64,000 nucleotides of DNA from Candidatus Kaiserbacteria bacterium (GTDB taxonomy: Bacteria; Patescibacteriota; Minisyncoccia; Phycocordibacterales; Phycocordibacteraceae). A program made the position numbers and the translations under genes. The notes under the pieces are model-generated. The model was not told the origin of the DNA and searched no databases. It saw only the letters and a list, made by a program, of their open reading frames with translations. The stretch is from assembly GCA_016182485.1 (NCBI GenBank), contig JACPGH010000006.1, forward strand, positions 26,461 to 90,460. The letters are read 5' to 3'. Numbering within the stretch: position 1 is the first letter of the stretch; every line of letters begins with the position of its first letter. Of the stretch, positions 49,951-58,055 are shown in pieces.

Positions 49951-50541
49951 ATGAAAACCGAAAACAAGGTTCTGATGCGGCAAGCGCGGGAAATGCTGCG
50001 AGGAAAATGGGGCCACGCGATCGGCGCATATCTTATTTATCTGGTCATCGCCCTCCTCATAGGGAGCACTCCGCTAATTGGCCCCGTTGCCTCGCTCATA
50101 CTCTCCGGTCCGCTTATGCTCGGTATGGTTGCCTTCTTCCTCTCGTTCTCCCGCGGGCAAGACACGCGGTTTGCCGATCTTTTCAAAGGTTTTGAACACT
50201 TCGGTAGGGCGATGGGGACGTATCTTTGGATGACCCTCTTCATCGTGCTGTGGACGCTGTTGCTTATCGTGCCCGGGATCATCGCGGCCATCGCATATTC
50301 TCAGACGTTTTTTCTAATGGCCGATGACGCGGCCATTGCCCACCGCCCGGCATTAAAAAAGAGCCGAGAGATGATGTACGGCTACAAATGGAAATATTTT
50401 TGCCTGCAGTTGCGCTTCCTCGGCTGGGCCCTGCTCTCCATCCTCACGCTCGGCATAGGATTCCTATGGCTCCTCCCCTATATGCAAGTCAGCTTCTCGA
50501 AATTCTACGACGACTTAAAAGGCGCTTCGGCTCCGGCATAG
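49951..50541 (+). CDS. DUF975-family membrane protein
   Basis: LWTLLLIVPGII..IAYS, S...M.GYKW and GFLWL.PY. Confidence 0.88.
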   Translation: MKTENKVLMRQAREMLRGKWGHAIGAYLIYLVIALLIGSTPLIGPVASLILSGPLMLGMVAFFLSFSRGQDTRFADLFKGFEHFGRAMGTYLWMTLFIVLWTLLLIVPGIIAAIAYSQTFFLMADDAAIAHRPALKKSREMMYGYKWKYFCLQLRFLGWALLSILTLGIGFLWLLPYMQVSFSKFYDDLKGASAPA

Positions 50542-50542
50542 A

Positions 50543-52693
50543 TCAAGGGACGAAAATCTGGAATGATTTCTGCGAGATTGTATTGCCGCTATTGTCTTTA
50601 GCGACGAAATTGAGCGTATATGGCCCTCCGCCGTTCCACTTCCAATTCGAAACATCCACAAGCGCTTCTTTGTGCGGATAATCAGTCAAGCTCGTCTCCA
50701 TTGAAACAAGAGGGCCGCCATCCACTTGCCAGAACATTTGGTACTGCGAGACGTCGGTATTCTGCAAAAGGACTTTGAACGGGACTACTCCAGAAATGTG
50801 CGCATTTCCCGTAGGCCACCATACATCGATGGTTCCGGTAGTCGGCGCAGGCGAGGGACTGGGAGCAGGAGACGGTGCGGGTGCGGGAGCAGGTGCCGGA
50901 GGCGGAGACGCCGGCACAGGACTTGGACTTGGGGAAGGCGCTCCGCCCCCGGAGAGGAAGTTGGCGACGAGCGTTCCCGAGGGACAATTCTGCCCTACCC
51001 GATGCCCCGAATCCGTGTCGTTCGGGTCGGTCGTGTGATGAGACGGATCGTTGTCGATATTGCCATTGCAATCAATGAAATTGCCGTTTATCGTCGGATA
51101 CCCGTTCACCATGACTATCGTTTGAGAAGGAGCGGGGGCGGGCGGGTTTTGAGGCGGCGGAGATGGCGGATTCGTCGGCGGTGGGGGTATTGTCGGCGGT
51201 GGAGGTGTTGTCGGCGGCGGCGGGAGCGTGCTGACAGATCCCGCCGAAATCGTCGCCACCGATTCATTCCAATAGTAATTCTGCGTCCAATTGCCGTTGA
51301 ATATTCCAGCTTTGAGCGCGTATGTTCCTGCGCTCCCAGGCGTCCACGTGGCCGAAAATTGCTTTGTTTCTCCTCCGGAGAAATTCTGATTCTCCACGAA
51401 ATGCTGGAATACCCGAGTGCCGCCGTTGTACACCTCTAAATTAACGATCGCCCCGGTGACCGCGCTGCCCGCATTTCGTACCGAGAGGGATAGCGTTGTA
51501 CTTTGCCCGGCATTCGGAGCGGCAGGATTCGCTGACCCGGTCGTAGAAAATGCGATCGGTCCGGATGGCAGCGGAGGATTGGTTGTGGGCGGCGCAGAGG
51601 GAGGCGACGCAGGGGGCGGAGGCGGGGCTCCGCCAGTTGGCGGAGCCCCGCCTCCGCCCCAGAACTGCCTGATAGTCTCTTGCGCGGGCTTATTCTGCGG
51701 CGTGTAGTCGGTATTGCCTGCGCCGCCGTAACCAGGATTAGCGCTCCACCACCATATCTCTATCCCTGTCATATATCCCTGCGCATCCCAGAATTGATGC
51801 AGGGCGGTATAGTCTCTCACCTGTTCTTCGGCGTCGTAGGGCCCGCTTAAGGTATAATCCCACGGCAACGCGCGCGCACCCGTGACACTGCGATATCCGA
51901 TTTCGGTAAATAAAACCGGCTTGCCGAATTGCTGAAGCTGGCTGATATGCGACCGATTATACGCCTCCCAGCTTCCCAAGAGCTGCGGGACGGAGCCGTC
52001 GCCACGCAGTTCGAAATAGGCCGAGATACCGACATAATCCATCCGGTCCCAGAAGCCGATATGTAAAGCTTCAGCGCACCACTGACAAGTTTGGGGGCGG
52101 TTCGCGCTATACGTAAGCGGCCCGGTATAAACTCCCCGCACCCGATCGATCATGCCGTTCCACCGCGCGGTATTGTCTGGGTTCGCGACGCTCGAGGTCA
52201 TGTCGATTAGCTCCGCCCCGAGCTGGTACAGCTCCACACCGTTCTGCTGCGCGAGCCTGCCATAGTGCACCAGCACGTCCCCGTACCGTGCGTACCATGT
52301 GTTACGGTCTCCCGGGTTGATGTGCGCCCGCCATTGCCCTGTATGCACTTCGAGATAGATCGATATCTGCGCTTTCATGCCGAGCGAATGCGCAAATTGT
52401 ATGCCTGATACGAGCGATTCATCGGTAGGCGTATTCCAGCCGCGACCTATATCAGTAGCGCCCCAGTGAGACTGGTAGTATGGCACAACAAAATTTACAT
52501 AATTGCCGCCTATCGCCTGGAAATTTCGGACCGATTGCTGAAAATTTGCGGAACTGAAGTCCGTAGCGGACTGTGGGACAATGGTCGCCGCCTTGATCCA
52601 AGAGCCTATCGCCGCTTCCGCTTTCGGAACTTCGAGCGGCACCTGAAAAAAGAGGATGCCAAGAACGAGTACTGTCGTTACAAGCTTTTTCAT
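50543..52693 (-). CDS. Secreted glycoside hydrolase (GH113-like TIM barrel) with Pro-rich linkers, CARDB-like domain and C-terminal Trp-rich module
   Basis: GAEL, LTYSAN, FWD..D.VGISAYF, KPVLFTEIGY and YTPQNKPA. Confidence 0.8.
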   Translation of the reverse strand: MKKLVTTVLVLGILFFQVPLEVPKAEAAIGSWIKAATIVPQSATDFSSANFQQSVRNFQAIGGNYVNFVVPYYQSHWGATDIGRGWNTPTDESLVSGIQFAHSLGMKAQISIYLEVHTGQWRAHINPGDRNTWYARYGDVLVHYGRLAQQNGVELYQLGAELIDMTSSVANPDNTARWNGMIDRVRGVYTGPLTYSANRPQTCQWCAEALHIGFWDRMDYVGISAYFELRGDGSVPQLLGSWEAYNRSHISQLQQFGKPVLFTEIGYRSVTGARALPWDYTLSGPYDAEEQVRDYTALHQFWDAQGYMTGIEIWWWSANPGYGGAGNTDYTPQNKPAQETIRQFWGGGGAPPTGGAPPPPPASPPSAPPTTNPPLPSGPIAFSTTGSANPAAPNAGQSTTLSLSVRNAGSAVTGAIVNLEVYNGGTRVFQHFVENQNFSGGETKQFSATWTPGSAGTYALKAGIFNGNWTQNYYWNESVATISAGSVSTLPPPPTTPPPPTIPPPPTNPPSPPPQNPPAPAPSQTIVMVNGYPTINGNFIDCNGNIDNDPSHHTTDPNDTDSGHRVGQNCPSGTLVANFLSGGGAPSPSPSPVPASPPPAPAPAPAPSPAPSPSPAPTTGTIDVWWPTGNAHISGVVPFKVLLQNTDVSQYQMFWQVDGGPLVSMETSLTDYPHKEALVDVSNWKWNGGGPYTLNFVAKDNSGNTISQKSFQIFVP

Positions 52694-52757
52694 GTTGACT
52701 TAACGACAAAAGTATCTCATAAACCCGCTGAAGCGGCCGTGAAGCGCCCCGCCTCTG

Positions 52758-52826
52758 CCTGTGAAGGTCAGACCTTCACAGGCAGAGGCGCAAGGAATCA
52801 GTATGTGAAGGTCTGACCTTCACAGG
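52758..52826. repeat. Two tandem TGTGAAGGTC(A/T)GACCTTCACA palindromes
   Basis: cctgtgaaggtcagaccttcacagg and tgtgaaggtctgaccttcaca. Confidence 0.85.
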
Positions 52827-52828
52827 GT

Positions 52829-53764
52829 TTATAGGCCCAGCTCGGCGAGCGCCGTTTTTACCTTATTGATAGGCAAGGCGAAGCTGATATTCTCTCCTCC
52901 CTGAACTACCGCTACATTCACGCCGATGGCTTCCCCAATATATGTAACGAGCGGACCGCCTGAATTGCCTGGATTGATCGCGGTATCGGTCTGGATGACA
53001 TTCGACAGCGTCTCGGGATTCCCCTGCTGATCGGTCGCCGTAATGTTCCGATTCAGTCCTGAAATGATTCCTGTTGATACCGTATTGTTATAACGACCGA
53101 GCGCGTTCCCCACGGCAAAGACGGACTGGCCGAGTTTCAGGCCCGCCGAATTGCCGAGCGGCACGGTGGCGTAGCCGCTCCCCGCGATCTTTATGACTGC
53201 CAGATCCTCGCCCGGAGAGCGCCACACGACCGTGCCGAGCTTCTGCTTCCCATTTGAAAGCAAGACAGTGTACGTCGCGTCCCGATTGGCAACGACATGC
53301 TTATTCGTAATGATGTATCCATTCGACCGTACCAAGAAGCCGGTCCCCGCGGAGACTTGTCGCGTCGTCGTCCCGACTTGCCGATACACCGGCACCTGTA
53401 GGCCGAATCCCTGAAAGAAAGGGTCATTGCCGAACGGATTCACGTACGTCACTTCGAGCTGAGGTACTACTTGCGTCTCGACTATCGAAACGACCGCGGG
53501 GGTAACTTTCGCAACGGCGCTCTCAAGCGTCTGCGCGGCCGGCTTGGGGACGGGTTGCGAAATGACTGGAGAGTTCCCGGAGTTGACTGCGGCCGGACTC
53601 GAGGTGGCCTGCGCGCCGGCCGTGAGCCGGTCAACCGAAACTTGGAGCGCCGCCACGGATTGCGAAAGCCGGCCCACTTCGCGATACTCGTACATAAGCC
53701 CGCTCGCGAGCAGAAGGATCGCGAGCATAGCCACTATACTGCCGGTGATTTCGATATTTCTCAT
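52829..53764 (-). CDS. HtrA/DegP-like trypsin serine protease, PDZ-less and membrane-anchored
   Basis: TNKHVV, DLAVIK and IQTDTAINPGNSGGPL. Confidence 0.9.
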   Translation of the reverse strand: MRNIEITGSIVAMLAILLLASGLMYEYREVGRLSQSVAALQVSVDRLTAGAQATSSPAAVNSGNSPVISQPVPKPAAQTLESAVAKVTPAVVSIVETQVVPQLEVTYVNPFGNDPFFQGFGLQVPVYRQVGTTTRQVSAGTGFLVRSNGYIITNKHVVANRDATYTVLLSNGKQKLGTVVWRSPGEDLAVIKIAGSGYATVPLGNSAGLKLGQSVFAVGNALGRYNNTVSTGIISGLNRNITATDQQGNPETLSNVIQTDTAINPGNSGGPLVTYIGEAIGVNVAVVQGGENISFALPINKVKTALAELGL

Positions 53765-53861
53765 AGACCTATGCTAGAAGCATAGTATAAACCTTCCATG
53801 AACCGGGCGGTATTGCCGGACTATGGTATGTTTGAAGCAGATTCATCAAAAGGAGGGCGCC

Positions 53862-54014
53862 GTGGAAATCACCGTAGCGGCGGTGGTTCTAATCGCGATC
53901 GGACTCTGGTTCCTATTCTCGGATTCATCGATGCTGCTCATCCGCAAGCTGAAAGACTGGCGGATAAGGCGGCGCGTGCGGCGGCGCGTGCGGCGGTGGC
54001 TGGAACATAGATAG
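53862..54014 (+). CDS. Small single-TM protein with Arg-rich tail
   Basis: AAAGGAGG SD and GTG start; family hairpin downstream at 54036-54071. Confidence 0.55.
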   Translation: MEITVAAVVLIAIGLWFLFSDSSMLLIRKLKDWRIRRRVRRRVRRWLEHR

Positions 54015-54134
54015 ATCGCCCTCTCACCCACAGTGTCAACAGCCCGTCCGGCGCTACCGGCCGGGCTGTTCGTTTTTCGCGGGACACTGCCCTCAATCCC
54101 TCCGCTGAAGATTGGTTTAATGTGTGTTGAGGCG

Positions 54135-54806
54135 CTAGGCAATTTTTTCCGGGTCTTTGAGAGTGTGATCTTTGAAGAAAAGGCGCCTCGTTGTCCCGCG
54201 AGGAAGAACCAGATCAGGCGCAAGGAGAAGAACCGCCACGCTTACGAAGGAAAGAACACTTCCGAAAATGAATACCATCTCGAAGCCGAAGGCGCTAGCT
54301 ATGGCTCCCCCAACAAAGGAGGCCAAGCCTGCCGCCAACCCGATCGTAGTGCTATCAAGCGTCCAGTCAAAGGCATATCGCTTATAGTCGAGATGCCTCG
54401 AAAAAATGGCCGACCACGATGGCGTATAGAGGGCGAACGCCAGTCCCTTCAAAAAAACGACGAGAAACAGCATCGGAATCGTCTGTACGGCTGTAAAGGC
54501 GAATAGAACTACCCCGCTCATCATGAGGCTTATAACTAGAATGTAGAAATCGTCCTTTTCTCCGTCCAGCCGGTCGAGCAGGAATGCAATTGGGATCTGA
54601 GCCAACGATTTCGTCCCGAGATAGACGGCTGCGACAGCCCCGACTGTGACGAGCGTCGCCCCCTCGATATTCTCCACGATAAATATCGAAAAGATAGGAT
54701 CGACGAAGCCCCACCCTCCCAAAAAGAAAAGGTCAGACAGTATAAAGTATTTTACGATCCTGTTTATTTTGAAATCCTCGAATTTTATGTTGACTCTGAC
54801 AAACAT
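54135..54806 (-). CDS. Half-size MFS-like membrane protein
   Basis: Six TMs and a LLDRLDG loop resembling MFS motif A. Confidence 0.75.
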   Translation of the reverse strand: MFVRVNIKFEDFKINRIVKYFILSDLFFLGGWGFVDPIFSIFIVENIEGATLVTVGAVAAVYLGTKSLAQIPIAFLLDRLDGEKDDFYILVISLMMSGVVLFAFTAVQTIPMLFLVVFLKGLAFALYTPSWSAIFSRHLDYKRYAFDWTLDSTTIGLAAGLASFVGGAIASAFGFEMVFIFGSVLSFVSVAVLLLAPDLVLPRGTTRRLFFKDHTLKDPEKIA

Positions 54807-54873
54807 AAAAAGGCTAGAGCTATGTTCATTACTGTACTCTAGCAGCTAGAAACCGCAATCGGCTAATCAACTT

Positions 54874-54894
54874 GTGTACCCTGCCGGATTCGAA
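54874..54894 (-). pseudogene. tRNA 3'-end remnant (T loop plus acceptor strand)
   Basis: Minus strand TTCGAATCCGGCAGGGTACAC resembles the outer tRNA-Ala 3' end TTCGAATCCGGTAGGGTCCAC. Confidence 0.6.
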
Positions 54895-54931
54895 TCCGAA
54901 TTCCAGAACTTTGGTGGACCCTACCGGATTC

Positions 54932-54976
54932 TCCCGATTCAATCGTGGATCCGCGTTTTTGAATACAAAATCGGGA
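54932..54976. mobile_element. 45-nt TCCCGA...TCGGGA double-hairpin insertion in the T loop
   Basis: tcccgattcaatcgtgga|tccgcgtttttgaatacaaaatcggga. Confidence 0.75.
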
Positions 54977-55012
54977 GAACCGGTGACCTCCACATTGTCC
55001 CGATGGCAAAGG

Positions 55013-55085
55013 TGGACCCGACCGGACTCGAACCGGTGACCTCCTCATTGCAAATGAGGCGTTCTACCAGCTGAACTACGGGCCC
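55013..55085 (-). tRNA. Intact tRNA-Ala(UGC), nested copy
   Basis: GGGCCCGTAGTTCAGCTGGTAGAACGCCTCATTTGCAATGAGGAGGTCACCGGTTCGAGTCCGGTCGGGTCCA. Confidence 0.95.
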
Positions 55086-55345
55086 ACCTTTACCATCGAG
55101 GATTCACGATTCATAAAATTCTCAATGGCCGCTCGCTTCTTCCACGATTTTAACCGCGCTTCAAGTTTCCTTGCCTCGCTTACGGTATCACACTTTTTCG
55201 CGAATCGCAGTATCCAGGGTCGTCTGGCTTTCGTCGATCTAACAACGCCGGCATTATGTTGCTCCAGTCTCGTTGAAACGGTAGAGGCACTACCTATGTA
55301 ATACGACCCGTCTTTCTGCGATTCGAGAATGTATGCAAAGGCCAT
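55076..55345 (-). CDS. GIY-YIG nuclease (small, UPF0213/YhbQ-like)
   Basis: AYILES..SYYIGS, RLEQHN, TK..RPW and EARKLE..LK. The stop codon lies inside the nested tRNA. Confidence 0.9.
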   Translation of the reverse strand: MAFAYILESQKDGSYYIGSASTVSTRLEQHNAGVVRSTKARRPWILRFAKKCDTVSEARKLEARLKSWKKRAAIENFMNRESSMVKVGP

Positions 55346-55381
55346 TGGAATTTATGAATCGGAACAAATGTGGCGCTCAAC

Positions 55382-55428
55382 TCCCGATTTATGAATCGAG
55401 GATCCTCGATATTGCTGCAATATCGGGA
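55382..55428. mobile_element. 47-nt TCCCGA...TCGGGA double-hairpin insertion in the D loop
   Basis: tcccgatttatgaatcgagga|tcctcgatattgctgcaatatcggga. Confidence 0.75.
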
Positions 55429-55458
55429 CAGCTAAGCTAAGGGCCCTTTAATGTCAGC

Positions 55459-56076
55459 TTAGCATTTCCTCCCAATTATCTGAAGCCAGACAGTGGATCC
55501 TGAAACCTTTCGGCCACTCCAATCTATATGTAATCCGGCTTGCGTAATATAAGATTCCAATTCCTCCATCGTATAGTAACTAAAAAATCGCTCGAAATCA
55601 TACCCGTACTTATTCTCTTTTTTCACCTCTTCTTCCGGCTGGCCTGCCTTGATTTCCTTAACCGAGACATATAACAAGCCCGAGTCGTTGAGGCGTGTGT
55701 TCATTTTGGCGATGATGCTCGGTAGATTTGCCTTGCGAATATGCAGAAGCGAAGCCTGCGCGAAAATGCCGTCGAATGTCTCTGGTAACGTATCCAATTC
55801 TTCCAATGCTAAGAGACGAAACGTTGCACTCGAAGCAGCTGCACGCGCGAGACGCAACTGTCCTTCGGAAAAATCGACACCTAGAACCGAATATCCTCGC
55901 TCGCTCATATATTTCGATTTCACTCCCGCCCCACATCCTGCATCCAGAATGGTCTTCTTGCCCGGTAACAGCGCTAGAAAACGCTCGGTGCCTTCTATCC
56001 ACCAATCATCAATATTATGATCAGTGAGCCAGTCTGCCGCGATACGATCGTATGTCGCCTGTAATTCAGAATTCAT
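55459..56076 (-). CDS. Class I SAM-dependent methyltransferase
   Basis: ILDAGCGAG, VDFS and FDGIFAQASLLH. Confidence 0.88.
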   Translation of the reverse strand: MNSELQATYDRIAADWLTDHNIDDWWIEGTERFLALLPGKKTILDAGCGAGVKSKYMSERGYSVLGVDFSEGQLRLARAAASSATFRLLALEELDTLPETFDGIFAQASLLHIRKANLPSIIAKMNTRLNDSGLLYVSVKEIKAGQPEEEVKKENKYGYDFERFFSYYTMEELESYITQAGLHIDWSGRKVSGSTVWLQIIGRKC

Positions 56077-57068
56077 GCCATCGCCAAATTGACCAGATGC
56101 GATAGGAAATCGGGGAACCGCACGCCGACAGCCGCGAGTGATTTGGGCAAGAGTGATTCGCCCGTGAGACCGGGGAGCGTGTTCGTCTCGAGATAATAGA
56201 TGCCCTTCGGGGTTATGATGAAATCACTGCGCGAATAGTGGCGCAAATGAAGTGTATGATGCATAAGCTTCGCAAGCCGGCGCAGTTCCTCCGATTCTAC
56301 CCGTGAGAAATTACCCGGACAGATCTCGCGCGTCTTCCCTGAATACTTATTTTCGTAAGAAAAGAACGAATTTTCATCTAGGGAGCCTTCGCCAAGGCTT
56401 CGGCTTCCCGAAGGCGGAATGATCTCGATCGGCGGAAGCGCATAGAGCTTCTCGCCTCGCATATTCTCGACCACGCCGACGGTCGCTTCCTTGCCGCGCA
56501 GATACTCCTCGACGAGCACGCCCGGCGCGCCGTCCACGAAGAGCGCCCCGATCGCCTTCTGCACAGGCGCGTAGCCGCTAACGATAGAAACGCCTACCGA
56601 GGAGCCCCACCCGACCGGCTTCACGACCACCGGCTGATGAAAGCTGCGGATGACTTCGCCGGCACCAGTTGCGCAATCTTCCGCCCGTTCGATGTAGCGC
56701 GAATCGGGCGTGCGCGCGCCGGCCTCCTTCGCATGAGACTTCGCCATTACCTTATGCATAGCGAGATACGAGCCGAAGGAATCTGCGCCGGCATACGGAA
56801 CGCCGTATCGTTCAAGTAGCTTCTGCACCTCCCCGTCTTCGCCATATTCGCCATGCAGACCGATGAGAACTGCGTCGAGCTGCCGAAGCACGCGCTCCGG
56901 AGAGACGGCGCGCCCGCGATCGTGCCACTCGCCCTGCCTGTCGATATAAATATCCCGCGTTATGTACTTCTCTTCCGGCAGATTCGCGAGGATGGCGGCG
57001 CCCGTCTTGAGCGAGACTTCGTGCTCGCGGCTCGGCCCGCCCCGCAACACCCCAACGACGGTTTGCAT
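56073..57068 (-). CDS. ddl: D-alanine--D-alanine ligase
   Basis: GGPSREHEVSL, LHGEYGEDG, GSSVG and LETNTLPG. Confidence 0.94.
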   Translation of the reverse strand: MQTVVGVLRGGPSREHEVSLKTGAAILANLPEEKYITRDIYIDRQGEWHDRGRAVSPERVLRQLDAVLIGLHGEYGEDGEVQKLLERYGVPYAGADSFGSYLAMHKVMAKSHAKEAGARTPDSRYIERAEDCATGAGEVIRSFHQPVVVKPVGWGSSVGVSIVSGYAPVQKAIGALFVDGAPGVLVEEYLRGKEATVGVVENMRGEKLYALPPIEIIPPSGSRSLGEGSLDENSFFSYENKYSGKTREICPGNFSRVESEELRRLAKLMHHTLHLRHYSRSDFIITPKGIYYLETNTLPGLTGESLLPKSLAAVGVRFPDFLSHLVNLAMA

Positions 57069-57141
57069 TGAATAAGTATATAACAGCAGAGCCGCCTAGT
57101 CGGCGGCTCGTGCCCGAGAGGCGAACGGTCTCCCCGGGCGG

Positions 57142-57930
57142 CTAGTTGTTTTCTGCGTTCCTCATGCGATCGACGGCTTGCACGATGGCTTCTGCCTGCC
57201 GTTCGCCCTCCTCCGTCAGGCGGATCATGCCCTCGCCGCACTCTTCCACGACGCCCTCCCCGATAGCGATATCGACCCAGGTGAGCGGCTGACAGATCTC
57301 CTCACGCTCGACGCGCACGCCCATGTCGACCGCTACCGCGTAGAGTCGTTCGAGGAATTCCTTGCCCTCGCGACGTCGAGTAGAGAAGTACGACTCTGAA
57401 CTGGCGTGTTCGAGCATGAAGCGCATCCGGTCCCTCATCCACGTTGCGAGCACTAGCACGATGGGACGAGTGAGGGGATGCGCCCGCAGATCGTCCCACA
57501 GCTTGTCCGGCAGGCGCATGTTGTACTTATCGAACCAGAAGGAGGACTCCGTGTCGTCGAGGCTCTCGAGAAACCTCTCGACGCTTGTCTGGCTCGACGC
57601 CGGAGCCAGCTCAAGAACGCTCGGGAACAGCTCATCTCTCACGACGCAGCAGCGTTCGTCGAACACGAAGCTCCGTCCAGGCTCTACGACTCCGGATTCT
57701 TCGCGCCACCAGCGAGCAGCTTCCGGCGCGTGCAGAGCGAGGATCTCGATCGACATGACGATGTCGACCACATAGCCGCTCGCGTCTTGTAGCAGGCCGC
57801 TCAAGATCCCAACCGTCTGCGAGCAATACGCGGAAGCTCCATTGAGCGGTAGGATGAGGCCAACCCATTTCTCACGCACCCACTCCGGCGCTTCGCCTGG
57901 CGGTACATCGACGATCCGTATGCAACGCAT
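57142..57930 (-). CDS. Hypothetical protein
   Basis: AAAGGAG SD; N-terminal PPGEAPEWVREKWVGL; hairpins downstream. Confidence 0.6.
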   Translation of the reverse strand: MRCIRIVDVPPGEAPEWVREKWVGLILPLNGASAYCSQTVGILSGLLQDASGYVVDIVMSIEILALHAPEAARWWREESGVVEPGRSFVFDERCCVVRDELFPSVLELAPASSQTSVERFLESLDDTESSFWFDKYNMRLPDKLWDDLRAHPLTRPIVLVLATWMRDRMRFMLEHASSESYFSTRRREGKEFLERLYAVAVDMGVRVEREEICQPLTWVDIAIGEGVVEECGEGMIRLTEEGERQAEAIVQAVDRMRNAENN

Positions 57931-58055
57931 GTGAATTCTCCTTTCTCCTTCTTGATTTGAGAACGGAACACCCGATCAAAAGCGTAGCATAAGAAGCAAG
58001 AATCAGAAAATCGCGCAGAACTATTTTAGTCTTTTGCAAAATTCCAATATCAATA

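Larger units (their letters stand above)
54998..55364. mobile_element. 367-nt double-hairpin insertion in the anticodon loop carrying tRNA-Ala and a GIY-YIG gene
   Basis: Arm pairs 54998-55015/55084-55102 and 55103-55130/55340-55364. Confidence 0.75.
54912..55446 (-). tRNA. tRNA-Ala(UGC) split into four pieces by three insertions (pieces 55446-55429, 55381-55365, 54997-54977, 54931-54912)
   Basis: The joined pieces give GGGCCCTTAGCTTAGCTG-GTTGAGCGCCACATTTG-CAATGTGGAGGTCACCGGTTC-GAATCCGGTAGGGTCCACCA, a 76-nt cloverleaf with all stems paired and CCA encoded. Confidence 0.85.

Noticed and set aside
50840-51660. Low-complexity GGC/GGA repeats
   Set aside because: They encode Pro-rich linkers between glycoside hydrolase domains and are not a DNA repeat element.
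54998-55364. Group I intron with homing endonuclease as the explanation of the anticodon insert
   Set aside because: The insert is fully accounted for by the inverted arms, nested tRNA and ORF, leaving no room for a ribozyme core. It also ends in A on the tRNA strand rather than the terminal G. An Infernal search would confirm this.
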